DNA from: Planctomycetota bacterium
GTDB lineage: Bacteria; Planctomycetota; PLA2; JAEUHO01
Length of the DNA stretch: 64,000 bases
Assembly: GCA_965222115.1 (NCBI GenBank)
Contig: CBDCTJ010000007.1
Location: 1,088,001 to 1,152,000, forward strand
Reading direction: 5' to 3'
Shown: one piece after another, positions 48,481 through 58,062 of the stretch
Layout: every line of letters starts with the position of its first letter
How positions within the stretch are numbered: position 1 is the first letter of the stretch
Program-made: the position numbers and the translations under genes
Notes under the pieces: generated by a model
Seen by the model: only the letters and a program-made list of their open reading frames with translations
The model's database searches: none
What the model was told of the DNA's origin: nothing

Positions 48481-49505
48481 CGCGAGGCGTCTCCGTTCGG
48501 GCCCTCATCCGAGGTCGGGTGGGACGTTCGTTGTTTTGAAAGGTAGCGTGCGACGACACCGCGCCGCGTGGGTGGGATTCGTTGCGTGTGTACACGTGCG
48601 CGTCGGCGGTCGCCCAGGGCGCGGCGCCACGCGCGGTCTTCCTGAGTCAGCCACGCGGCCAAGGTGTCTTCGTCGGCTTCGGGTCCCGGGCGATCTGCGT
48701 GCGCATCGGCGGTCCGACGAGTTGGCATAGCTGCGTCGCCCGAAGGATTGACTTGCTTGCGCGTGCTGGGCTCATTGTGCATGTTCGCGAGCACATCCTG
48801 AACGGCGCGCTTAGTTTCGGGACGCGCGAGGCGTTGCTTCAGTTCGTCTCGCGTGAGTGGTTTCTCATCGTGAATGCCAGCCGCCCGTCGAATGGCAGCC
48901 AGCGTCTTCTTCATCGTGTCCGTGTGCGGATCACGAGCCGTTGATTCCGTAGTCGCTGTTCCCGCATGCGTCACATCACCTGCGTGCGAATCACGACCGG
49001 TTGCTACAGCGGTTGAGGATGCGGAGGGCGCCAGCAATACAGCACCGGCAAGCAATGCGACGCCCATGAACGGCGCGGTGCCCTCGGCCGGACGCAGTCG
49101 AATGTGAGGGGGTGTGGGGAGTGCGTCTGCAACGTTGCGATGTAACGCGTTGCCGTTGAGCGCAACGGTAAGTGCGCGCTCCTTGTGTCCGCCTACACGA
49201 TCCAATGCCCACGCAGCCGCACCCACGTTGGCGTCGGGTGTGGGGCGTTTCCACGGCCAAAGCAGGCCTATGAGTGTGCAAATGCCTAGCGTGGCAGCGA
49301 CCCATGGCGTGGAGTGACCCATCAACCGGAGCAACACCGCCATTACGGTGCCTACGAAGAGACCCCATGCCATGCGTTTTGACGCATCCGATAGACGACG
49401 TCGTCGCGAAACGCGCTTGGCCAACGCCGTGACCGCATGCGACCAGGCACCAACGGTATCACCGTTTTGCGCAGCCGGCGATTGCGTGTTGGGCATACGA
49501 GTCAC
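48477..49505 (-). CDS. Membrane-anchored hypothetical protein
   Basis: Three TMs, ALDR...KERALT, C-terminal IPP.RR.VV.RY; ATGA overlap with ino1. Confidence 0.7.
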   Translation of the reverse strand: MTRMPNTQSPAAQNGDTVGAWSHAVTALAKRVSRRRRLSDASKRMAWGLFVGTVMAVLLRLMGHSTPWVAATLGICTLIGLLWPWKRPTPDANVGAAAWALDRVGGHKERALTVALNGNALHRNVADALPTPPHIRLRPAEGTAPFMGVALLAGAVLLAPSASSTAVATGRDSHAGDVTHAGTATTESTARDPHTDTMKKTLAAIRRAAGIHDEKPLTRDELKQRLARPETKRAVQDVLANMHNEPSTRKQVNPSGDAAMPTRRTADAHADRPGPEADEDTLAAWLTQEDRAWRRALGDRRRARVHTQRIPPTRRGVVARYLSKQRTSHPTSDEGPNGDASR

Positions 49506-50791
49506 TACTTCTTCTCCTCTTCCTTCTTCTCTCCTTTATCGTCGGGGCTTTCCTCCGACTTGTTCTCGTTGGGTCCTCGCGTGGGATCGTGACTCTCGCC
49601 CGCTTTGGGCGCGGGCGGAAAGGTGGGTAGTTGATCGCGAGCCGTGAACGCCAACGGTTCCTTCGTGAGAATGAAATCGACAAAGAAGTGGTCTTCCCGG
49701 CTCGAAAGCGGGAATGTGGGGCGCGGGATGGCATCGGCCATAAAGGCAACGGCCGCACGCAAGGCACTCCGTTGTGATATCTCAATCAAGCTGCCGGGAT
49801 TGGGATACTGAGAAACGATGGTGCCGCGCAGCGCGGCCACAATGGTTTGATCGCCGGTTTCACTGTCTTCGACCAGCGGAGAACCGGTAAACCGAAATGC
49901 ATCGGCAGGCAGCGGTTCGCCGGTCTCTCCATCGCGCAACCAATCGGTCACACGTTCTATGTAAAGTGTGTCCTTGTACTTGTAGCGAACGTACATATGG
50001 ATGGCGTCGCCGTTGGCGAGCAGGACGTCGGGCTTCTTCGGATCTTCCGACGCGGGGTCTACGCGCGTGCCTTCACCCTGTTTGAAGCCGGCCGCGCGCA
50101 GCGCGTAGTACAGCGCCAGTGTGGCGGATTTTGATTCGGTGTAGCGCGCTTGCTGGAGCTGCTCCGGCGTGCGGTTGCCCACCACCAGGATGAGCGTCTC
50201 GTAGTCCTTCTCGCTCGGATAGCGCGCGGCGAGTAGTTCAAAAGGGTACTGGGTGCCGTGACGACGCAGCGAGTAAACGTTCAATACGGCGCGCACGGTA
50301 ACGCGCCCGTCGGCAATGTCGATGCCGTTGGCGTTCGCCAAGGTGTTCGCGTTTGCTTTCTCTTCCGGCGTGAGCGAACGCGTGATGTCGGGAATGTTCT
50401 TGGATCCGCCGAGCCGGCGCAGGCGCGTAATGATCTTGGCGTCGTTTCGCTCGAGATCGAAGAGCGACGATTGCACCTCGTTGAGCGTTTCGTAGTTGTC
50501 GTCGCCCGTCTCCTCGAGCTTTTCGATGATCCAGTTGAGCTTCGCCGCGAGGTCGGGGTTGTCCAGAATGCTCCCCTCGGCCATTTCATCGGGTGATTGG
50601 GATGGCGCGTTCGTTTGATCGCTGGACTTGGCCTGACCGTTGCTCGAAGACGGTGTTCCGGTTTCGGCTTGTTGCTGGACGCGGGCCTCCAGGTCAACCA
50701 CCCGCGCCGTCAATCCACGCACGAGAAACAACAGTGCCGCCACGCCCAGAAACGTGGCCAGCAAAATAGATAGGGTCCAGCGATGGTTCAT
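49505..50791 (-). CDS. Membrane-anchored coiled-coil + YdjY-like domain protein
   Basis: TM anchor, coiled coil, then FELLA..KDYETL..LY.AL..AG...G, FRFTGS pattern. Confidence 0.65.
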   Translation of the reverse strand: MNHRWTLSILLATFLGVAALLFLVRGLTARVVDLEARVQQQAETGTPSSSNGQAKSSDQTNAPSQSPDEMAEGSILDNPDLAAKLNWIIEKLEETGDDNYETLNEVQSSLFDLERNDAKIITRLRRLGGSKNIPDITRSLTPEEKANANTLANANGIDIADGRVTVRAVLNVYSLRRHGTQYPFELLAARYPSEKDYETLILVVGNRTPEQLQQARYTESKSATLALYYALRAAGFKQGEGTRVDPASEDPKKPDVLLANGDAIHMYVRYKYKDTLYIERVTDWLRDGETGEPLPADAFRFTGSPLVEDSETGDQTIVAALRGTIVSQYPNPGSLIEISQRSALRAAVAFMADAIPRPTFPLSSREDHFFVDFILTKEPLAFTARDQLPTFPPAPKAGESHDPTRGPNENKSEESPDDKGEKKEEEKK

Positions 50792-50991
50792 GTCGCTCAC
50801 AGTGGCAGGAGAGTCCTTGGCAGGAGAGTCAGCGCGGGTGCGCATACGGACAAAACGTAGCCGAATGCGCTCGGTTCGAGGGGAACCGACCGACGCAACA
50901 GGTGCCTACGCTTCGCTTTCGACGTCTCCCCTCAGCGGCATTCAATCTGCCGAGTCACTCCGCCAACTCACTCCGCCTGGGGGCCGGTAGG

Positions 50992-53520
50992 CTACGTCTG
51001 GTCAGCAACCGGGCTAACAGCCTCGGCTTCTTCGTCACCCATGTTTTTCGGCGTGACCGGATCCCGGGTGGTTTCGAAGTAGATGCGACCGTCGCGAGTT
51101 TTGGCGAGCACACGCGTGCCTTCGGGGAAGTTGCCGCGCAGGACTTCTTCGGCGAGAGGGTCTTCGAGCAGTCGCTGAATGGCGCGACGGAGCGGACGGG
51201 CGCCGTATTCGGGGTTATAGCCCTCGTCGATGATGTATTCCTTCGTGGCCTCATCGAGTTCGAGCGTGACGCTCTTCTGCGCGAGGCGTCCGGTGAGGCC
51301 GCTGATCTCAATGTCGATGATCTTGGTGAGGTCCTCGCGCGTGAGTTGACGGAACACGATGATCTCGTCGACGCGGTTGAGGAACTCGGGACGGAAGTGG
51401 CGTTCGACGTCCTTCATCAACTCTTCACGCATGCGACCGTGCTTGGCATCGGCGCTGGACTTTTGGAAGCCCACGCCGCCTTGGCTCTTGATGGCATCGG
51501 CGCCGATGTTGCTGGTCATAATGACGACCGTGTTGCGGAAATCGACATGGCGACCAAAGGAGTCGGTCAAGCGCCCCTCTTCCATGATTTGGAGCAACAT
51601 ATTGAAGGCGTCGTGATGCGCCTTTTCGATCTCGTCAAAGAGCACCACGCAATAGGGACGGCGACGCACTTGTTCCGTGAGTTGCCCACCCTCTTCGAAG
51701 CCGACATACCCGGGAGGCGCACCCACCAAACGGCTGACGGTGTGTTTCTCCATGTATTCCGACATGTCGATTTGAATCAGAGCGTCGGGGTCGCCGAACA
51801 TGAACTCGGCCAACGTCTTGCTGAGATGGGTCTTTCCAACGCCCGTGGGGCCCAAGAAGATGAACGAACCCATGGGACGCCGTGGATCTTTCAAGCCACT
51901 TCGGCTGCGTCGCAAGGCGCGGGCAATGGCTTTAATGGCGTCGTCCTGACTCACGACTTTCTCGTGGAGCACCTTCTCCATGCGGAGCAGGCGTTCGGCT
52001 TCGGCCTTTTCAAGTCGCGTCAACGGAATGCCCGTCATTTTGGACACGGTTTCGCGGATGACGTCTTCATCCACAACGCCGGTGGAGCGGTTGGTCTCTT
52101 CGCGCCACTCGCGAAGCATCTGGTCCTTGCGGCGGCGTACCTTTTGGGCCTCGTCGCGCAGCTTGGCCGCACGCTCAAAGTCTTGGGCGTGGACGGCCTC
52201 ATCTTTTTCGCGATCCAGGCGGGCGATCTCGGTTTCCATGTCCTTGAGATCTGGCGGTTGCGTCATCGACTTGAGGCGCAGGCGGGCGCCCGCTTCATCC
52301 ATCACATCGATGGCCTTGTCGGGCAGGAAACGCCCATTGATGTAGCGCGTAGAAAGCTCAACCGACGCCTTCAAGGCTTCGTTGGTGAACTTTATGCGAT
52401 GGTGGGCCTCGTACTTGTCGCGTAGGCCAAGCAGAATCGCGTAGGCCTCGTCTTTCGTGGGCGGATTGACCATGACGGTCTGGAATCGGCGTTCCAGGGC
52501 GCCGTCCTTTTCGATGTACTTGCGATATTCATCGAGCGTGGTGGCGCCAATGCACTGCACCTCGCCACGCGACAGGGCAGGCTTTAGGACGTTGCTGGCG
52601 TCAATTGCGCCCTCGGCGCCGCCAGCGCCCACCAAGGTGTGGAGCTCGTCAATAAAGAGGATGACGTTCTTGCTGCGGCGCACTTCGGTCATGACCGCTT
52701 TGATGCGCTCTTCGAACTGACCCCGATACTTTGTGCCCGCCACCATCATGGCGAGGTCGAGCACCACCAAGCGACGGCTGCGAAGGATCTCGGGGACGTC
52801 GCCGCGAATGATGGATTGAGCGAGGCCTTCCACAATGGCCGTCTTGCCCACACCGGCTTCACCCAGCAACACCGGGTTGTTTTTGGTGCGCCGTGAAAGC
52901 ACTTGGATCACGCGCTCGATCTCGTCTTTGCGGCCAATGACCGGATCGAGTTTGCCTTGCGTGGCGTACTCGGTGAGGTCGCGACCGAAGGCATCGAGGG
53001 CGGGTGTCTTTGACTTGCTGTTGGATGATGAGCCCGATGAACCCAGCTCACTGGTTTCGTCGCTTGCGTCGGGATCGCCGGGTTCGGCGCCCAAGAGTTC
53101 CAATACCTCTTCGCGCACGTCGTCAAGTTTGACTTTCAAGTTGCGCAGCACCTGAGCTGCGATGCCTTCGCTTTCGCGGATCAAGCCGAGCAGGAGGTGT
53201 TCGGTACCGATGTAGGTGTGGCCGAGATTGGTGGCCTCTTCCAAGGAGAGTTCAAGCACGTTTTTCGCGCGGGGCGTGAATGGTAGTTGGCCGACCTGAA
53301 CCATCGTCGTTCCACTGCTAACAAGTTTCTCAACTTCGTGGCGGATCTTCTTGGGATCGACTTCGAGGTTCTTCAACACCGCGGCGGCCACACCGCTGCC
53401 CTCTTGCACCAAACCCAGGAGCATATGTTCGGTGCCGATGTAGTCGTGATTGAAGCGCTGCGCCTCTTGGCGTGCGAGCCCCATCACTTTGCGTGCGCGG
53501 TCGGTAAAACGGTCAAACAT
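50992..53520 (-). CDS. clpC: ATP-dependent Clp protease ATP-binding subunit ClpC
   Basis: [12 protein letters not shown]; two Clp N repeats; GEAGVGKT and GPTGVGKT; UVR motif; GAPPGYVG; GARPLRR; GGAG SD. Confidence 0.97.
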   Translation of the reverse strand: MFDRFTDRARKVMGLARQEAQRFNHDYIGTEHMLLGLVQEGSGVAAAVLKNLEVDPKKIRHEVEKLVSSGTTMVQVGQLPFTPRAKNVLELSLEEATNLGHTYIGTEHLLLGLIRESEGIAAQVLRNLKVKLDDVREEVLELLGAEPGDPDASDETSELGSSGSSSNSKSKTPALDAFGRDLTEYATQGKLDPVIGRKDEIERVIQVLSRRTKNNPVLLGEAGVGKTAIVEGLAQSIIRGDVPEILRSRRLVVLDLAMMVAGTKYRGQFEERIKAVMTEVRRSKNVILFIDELHTLVGAGGAEGAIDASNVLKPALSRGEVQCIGATTLDEYRKYIEKDGALERRFQTVMVNPPTKDEAYAILLGLRDKYEAHHRIKFTNEALKASVELSTRYINGRFLPDKAIDVMDEAGARLRLKSMTQPPDLKDMETEIARLDREKDEAVHAQDFERAAKLRDEAQKVRRRKDQMLREWREETNRSTGVVDEDVIRETVSKMTGIPLTRLEKAEAERLLRMEKVLHEKVVSQDDAIKAIARALRRSRSGLKDPRRPMGSFIFLGPTGVGKTHLSKTLAEFMFGDPDALIQIDMSEYMEKHTVSRLVGAPPGYVGFEEGGQLTEQVRRRPYCVVLFDEIEKAHHDAFNMLLQIMEEGRLTDSFGRHVDFRNTVVIMTSNIGADAIKSQGGVGFQKSSADAKHGRMREELMKDVERHFRPEFLNRVDEIIVFRQLTREDLTKIIDIEISGLTGRLAQKSVTLELDEATKEYIIDEGYNPEYGARPLRRAIQRLLEDPLAEEVLRGNFPEGTRVLAKTRDGRIYFETTRDPVTPKNMGDEEAEAVSPVADQT

Positions 53521-53944
53521 GAAAAACTCCGCCACGGATTCCACCGGGCTCTTGGGGCACGGCCGCGGACTGCATTCGTTTGAAATGCGGTCTGGTGCCG
53601 TGCGCAAAAACACGCTGCGCGAACTCGTTACCCCAGTGTGAACCGGGGGACAGCCAATGCCCTCGAAGAACCCCACGCCGAAGCATGGTCTTCTGGAGCA
53701 TCGCCTTCCACGGTGCACACGCCGCTTGTGCGTGTGTGGATTGGTTGCAACAACCTGCCGCGTTCAAGCCGCTGGACATCGCACCCAATTTCAACTACGG
53801 GGCACGACAGGCAGCGACTCGCGCCGTGGATCTGTACCGCCGTTCCGGCACGACCGCATGGCGAGTCGTGTCAGGCTGGCAGAACATTGGGCACCGAGGA
53901 CGCAGCGAGGAGCGTGTCGCAGAATCCGTGCCGACCGACACTTA

Positions 53945-53988
53945 AGTGCCAGGCACAGCGATGTAGGTACGTCGGCGTGCCTGGCACT
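53945..53988. repeat. REP-like doublet palindrome
   Basis: AGTGCCAGGCAC-N20-GTGCCTGGCACT; each arm is itself a GTGCC-W-GGCAC palindrome. Confidence 0.55.
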
Positions 53989-54024
53989 GAGATGTATGTT
54001 TTGTATATGTTAGCGTGCTTTGGC

Positions 54025-54291
54025 TTAGCTGGAGCGGCCGACGAGTTCGGCGAGTGCCTCAACATCGCGGTTGGTGACGATGGTCTGCACGAAGCTCTGC
54101 TCTTCGGGCTCGCCGCCCATGCGGGCCAGGATGGTGCTGGCGCGCTTCCAGAGGGTGCTGAGGCGCTTCTCGGTGGTGGCGAGGTAGATCTCGGTCACAA
54201 GTTCGGCCAAGCGCTGCCCGTCGATCTCGCCGCGGCGCTCGTAGTAGCGCCGAATGACGCTGCGTTGATAGGCGCTGTAGTCACGTCCCAT
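54025..54291 (-). CDS. Small helical hypothetical protein (resembles a conserved planctomycete family)
   Basis: DYS.YQ..VIRRYYE.R....QRLAELVTEIYLA pattern; strong GC3 bias. Confidence 0.75.
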   Translation of the reverse strand: MGRDYSAYQRSVIRRYYERRGEIDGQRLAELVTEIYLATTEKRLSTLWKRASTILARMGGEPEEQSFVQTIVTNRDVEALAELVGRSS

Positions 54292-54338
54292 GCATGGACC
54301 TTTCATCCGGGTCGGATGTGATGTATTTCGGAAAGGGC

Positions 54339-55406
54339 TTAGCCCTTTGCGAGGACTTCGCGGACGTAGCGAGCCCGCACGGCGTCGCGCTCACTTGAAT
54401 CCATCGTGCCGCCGCCATGGCGTTGCACGTGGGCCGGTTGACAAAGCACATAGAGATCTTGCACTCGCGAAAGCGACAGCGAGGCTGCGGTGCCTTTGTA
54501 GATCCCAAGGACCAACGCGAGGCGCACCGCCGACAAATGGCTCATGGCTTCTTCTGTGCTGAGAATGCGTGCTTCTTTCAGCGTGGCCAATGCGCGGTAG
54601 CTACGATCTTCCAATTTCAGGCGGTGCTTGGGCGCTTGCAATTGCTGTCGGCAACGCTCCTCATATTGCAGGATCTTGTTGAGCATGCGGGCCAGGTCTT
54701 GAAGGATTCGCGACTCGGACTTGCCGAGCGTGACCTGGTTGCTGATTTGATAGAGATCACCCGAGGCGCGCGTGCCTTCACCAAAAAAGCCACGCACCGT
54801 GAAGCCCGTTTGATTGGCCGCGTGAAACAGTTTTTCGACTTGCTTTAGGTGTACGAGACCCGGCAAATGCAGCATGACCGACGCGCGCATGCCCGTGCCC
54901 ACGTTCGTGGGACACGCCGTCAAATAGCCCAACGTTTCGCTCGTTGCGTATTCCAACGCGCGATCAACGTGTTCGTCGATGGCGCGTGCGCGCTCATACG
55001 ACGCATCGAGTGACAAGCTGCTTTGAAGCGACTGAATGCGAAGATGGTCTTCTTCGTTCACCATGATGCTCACGGCTTCGTCGGCTCCAAAGGTCACGGC
55101 GCGCGGGCCTTCGCCGTGTTGGAGCTCACGACTGATGAGGTGGCGTTCCACCAGCAAAAGGCTGGTGAGTTCGTCGGTGGTATCGATGTCAACGTGAACG
55201 AGCGGTGCGCTGGCGTCAAAACCGTTGAGCGCGTCGCGTGTGAGATCCAACACTTCGTGCCGCTGTTCCGGTGTGGCGCATCCCAAGAACGGAAAACCAC
55301 GTAGGTTGCGCGCCAAACGTACGCGGCTCGAAATGACGATTTCGCCATGCTCGCCCTGGCCGTCTAACCAACTGCCACCCTGTTTGTGAATGTCTTCAAG
55401 ATTCAT
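54339..55406 (-). CDS. mcsB: Protein arginine kinase McsB
   Basis: ISSRVRLARNL, VERHLIS, NEEDHLRIQ, YLTACPTNVGTGMRASVMLH, QISNQVTLG. Confidence 0.95.
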   Translation of the reverse strand: MNLEDIHKQGGSWLDGQGEHGEIVISSRVRLARNLRGFPFLGCATPEQRHEVLDLTRDALNGFDASAPLVHVDIDTTDELTSLLLVERHLISRELQHGEGPRAVTFGADEAVSIMVNEEDHLRIQSLQSSLSLDASYERARAIDEHVDRALEYATSETLGYLTACPTNVGTGMRASVMLHLPGLVHLKQVEKLFHAANQTGFTVRGFFGEGTRASGDLYQISNQVTLGKSESRILQDLARMLNKILQYEERCRQQLQAPKHRLKLEDRSYRALATLKEARILSTEEAMSHLSAVRLALVLGIYKGTAASLSLSRVQDLYVLCQPAHVQRHGGGTMDSSERDAVRARYVREVLAKG

Positions 55407-55478
55407 GCAGACCTAATATCCAGCACGAAAAATCCATGCGATGTGAGTCGTGCACGCGAAGGTCCACGCCACGACACG

Positions 55479-56048
55479 TCAGGCAACACCGCTATCGCCA
55501 AAGCTCGACGAATCCGGAGGCGACTCTTCGGTCTCGCGTTGCAGGCGGCGTTCGTATTCCACGATTTCATCGCGTAGCGTTGCTGCCTCTTCGTATTGCT
55601 CGGCGCGAATCGCCTTGTTCATACGTCGTTTGAGTTTGCGAATGGCCGCCGAAAGCAGGGTGACGGCATCCGCGGCGGCGTGCACATCGGAAATGCGCCC
55701 CACGTGTTTGGAAGCGCCGCCGTGCATTTTCTCAATCATGGGCGTTAGTGCGTCGGCGAAAATCTCGTAGTCGCGCGGGCACCCCAGCCGACCGCGGCGG
55801 CGAAATTCTTTGAACGTGATGCCGCAGTCCGGGCAGCGCCGATTCTCGGTGGCCATGGCTTCCACCGACGCTTGGATCATGGAGGCGCCAATGCCCAGTA
55901 CCGCCGTTTCCGTGGCCAGTCCCTGCTCCAACGCGCATTCCTCGCAGACATGGAGTTCGATGCGCTCGTCCTCGCGGATCTCGCGGTAGTGAATCGTGGC
56001 GGGATTTACGCTGCAGTGTTGGCATACGGCGGCTGTCATCGCCGGCAT
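55479..56048 (-). CDS. mcsA: McsA (zinc-binding CxxC + UVR domain protein)
   Basis: CQHC, CEEC, CPDCG, GRLGCPRDY, EQYEEAATLRDEI; directly upstream of mcsB. Confidence 0.92.
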   Translation of the reverse strand: MPAMTAAVCQHCSVNPATIHYREIREDERIELHVCEECALEQGLATETAVLGIGASMIQASVEAMATENRRCPDCGITFKEFRRRGRLGCPRDYEIFADALTPMIEKMHGGASKHVGRISDVHAAADAVTLLSAAIRKLKRRMNKAIRAEQYEEAATLRDEIVEYERRLQRETEESPPDSSSFGDSGVA

Positions 56049-56082
56049 TCTATGCGCAGTTCACGCGCCTTGGCGTTCCCCG

Positions 56083-57474
56083 CTACTCAGATTTCTCGGT
56101 TTCTGCCAACCGCGCCACAGCCGCCTGAAAGGCCTTACCTCGAGCGACAAAGGAGGCGTACTGGTCGAGGCTCGAATATCCGGGCGAGAGAAGCACAACG
56201 TCGCCCGTTTGCGCAATCGCTGACGCGTGCCGCACCGCTTCCGCCATGTCACTCGCTACAAAAGCCGAAGGGCCGCCGTCCTTCATGGCCTCCACGAGAC
56301 GCGGACCCGTCGTACCCATGCCAACAACGGCCTTGGCATACGTTCGTATGGCTTGAATCAACGAAGCGTCGTCGCTGCCTTTGTCTTTGCCGCCTACGAG
56401 CAACACAATGCCATGATCCGCGTACGCTTCGAGTGCCGCAATCGTACTCTCGGGATGCGTGGCATTGCTGTCGTCGATGTAGTGCACGCCACGAACGTCT
56501 GCAACCGGCGACAGGCGGTGGGGCAGGGGCCGGCATGCGCGGGCACCTTGAATTGCGGTATGCGTGGTGACGCCGGTTTGCGTCCGCGCCGCGGCGATGG
56601 CCGCGAGGATATTTCTCTTGTTGTGTTCGCCGCGCAGTGTGATGTCGCCCAACGGCACACATTCCCTGCCAACAACAACGCGGCCTTGATCGTCAAGCGA
56701 CACGTTACCGCCCTCACCGTACGCCACCACGCGCCCCGCAACGTCGTGCTGCCAGCCTGCTTCGCGTACGCCGGGATCTTCGGTTGGTAACACCGCCACA
56801 TCGTGATCCGTTTGATACGCGACGATGGCGCGTTTGGCGTGGATGTAATGCTCACGCGTGCCGTGGCGATCCAAGTGGTCGGTTTTGAGGTTGGTGACGA
56901 CCGCGACATGCGGGGAACGCCGAATGTGGTGGCACCACCACAGTTGAAACGATGACAGCTCCAATACAACTAAGTCACTCGATGCTATGTCGCCAAGCCG
57001 ACTCACCAAGGGCTGGCCTATGTTGCCGCCCATGTGGACGCGATGGCCACCCGCCTGAAGCATATGCACCAGCAATCGCGTGGTCGTAGACTTGCCTTTT
57101 GTGCCGGTGACTCCGAATACTTTGGCGGTGCACCGAGAAAGCGTAATGTTGACTTCTGTAGTCACAAGCGTGCCGCACGCCTGGGCTGATGCAATGAGCT
57201 CGTGCTCAAAGGGGATGGCGGGACTCACGATGACCGCATCGACGCCAGACAACAGAGAATCTGTCTGTGGCCCAAACACCACGCGAGCGCCCAACGCTTC
57301 GACGCGGTCGGCCGCTTCGGAAAGTGCGTCGCGAGTAGCCGAGTCACTTACCGTGACGGTTGCACCTTCGCCAATTAAGAAGCGCGTCGTTTCAAGGCCG
57401 CCGCCGAACTTGCCGAGTCCCAGCACCAAGACATGGTGGCCACGAAAGGTGGCGGGGACGGGCAGCCGAGCCAT
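56083..57474 (-). CDS. murD: UDP-N-acetylmuramoyl-L-alanine--D-glutamate ligase
   Basis: GLGKFGGG, VTGTKGKSTT, GGNIG, ELSSFQL, DHLDRH, LPHRL, DDS.AT, LLSPG.SSLDQ. Confidence 0.93.
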   Translation of the reverse strand: MARLPVPATFRGHHVLVLGLGKFGGGLETTRFLIGEGATVTVSDSATRDALSEAADRVEALGARVVFGPQTDSLLSGVDAVIVSPAIPFEHELIASAQACGTLVTTEVNITLSRCTAKVFGVTGTKGKSTTTRLLVHMLQAGGHRVHMGGNIGQPLVSRLGDIASSDLVVLELSSFQLWWCHHIRRSPHVAVVTNLKTDHLDRHGTREHYIHAKRAIVAYQTDHDVAVLPTEDPGVREAGWQHDVAGRVVAYGEGGNVSLDDQGRVVVGRECVPLGDITLRGEHNKRNILAAIAAARTQTGVTTHTAIQGARACRPLPHRLSPVADVRGVHYIDDSNATHPESTIAALEAYADHGIVLLVGGKDKGSDDASLIQAIRTYAKAVVGMGTTGPRLVEAMKDGGPSAFVASDMAEAVRHASAIAQTGDVVLLSPGYSSLDQYASFVARGKAFQAAVARLAETEKSE

Positions 57475-57483
57475 GCCGCGCGA

Positions 57484-57978
57484 TCACTCCTTGCCAAGAG
57501 GCTGCGCGCGTTCGGAGGCGTTTCCCGCAGCTCTGATGCTCTCAGCTCGAAACGCTTCAGCATTCTTCAAATATTTGTCTACGCGCTCATCAGCGTTTCC
57601 ACCTTGGAGCGGTGTGAGCTTGATGGTTCGGCGCGTAACGCTCGTCGGCATGGTGTGTTCGGCAATCAGATCAAACCCGGGCAAGCCGTCGCGTGGCGTG
57701 GGGATCGTCAGTTCTTTTGCGACCGACTCGTAGCCCTTCTTCTCGACGCGTATTTCAACCGTGCCATAGTGCACAAAGGGATGACGAACCGGCGTTTTGG
57801 AGGCCTGCTTCTCGCCATTAATCCAAATGTCGGCACCGGGCGGGTCGGTTTGAATGTCGAGGAATCGCTCGGTGGATCGACACGCGGGTGCCACGACGAG
57901 TACGGCACATACGAGTCCCCATATCAAAAAGCGGTGTGACACGCTCGGCGCAACAGGGGTGAACCCGCGACTCAACAT
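57484..57978 (-). CDS. PEGA-domain probable lipoprotein
   Basis: Hydrophobic stretch ending APAC; IQTDPPGADIWING..KTP..F.HYG..K.GY. Confidence 0.8.
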   Translation of the reverse strand: MLSRGFTPVAPSVSHRFLIWGLVCAVLVVAPACRSTERFLDIQTDPPGADIWINGEKQASKTPVRHPFVHYGTVEIRVEKKGYESVAKELTIPTPRDGLPGFDLIAEHTMPTSVTRRTIKLTPLQGGNADERVDKYLKNAEAFRAESIRAAGNASERAQPLGKE

Positions 57979-58062
57979 GCCTTCGCTGTACCATGAAGAT
58001 CCTCGATTTCATCCGAGTTCGTGTTTGCCCGAGTTCGCGGTTCTGGCTTTGCGGGAGTACCC

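Noticed and set aside
50803-50830. 13-bp direct repeat TGGCAGGAGAGTC x2 upstream of the YdjY-like start
   Set aside because: A single local duplication; cannot distinguish an operator from slippage within an N-terminal extension
50902-52425. 507-aa plus-strand ORF
   Set aside because: Antisense shadow of the strongly codon-biased clpC; no motifs of its own
53557-53603. Long hairpin upstream of clpC as an RNA thermometer
   Set aside because: It does not cover the SD or start codon, and its G-U pairs form on the plus strand (A-C mismatches in the mRNA); no CIRCE or CtsR box recognised either
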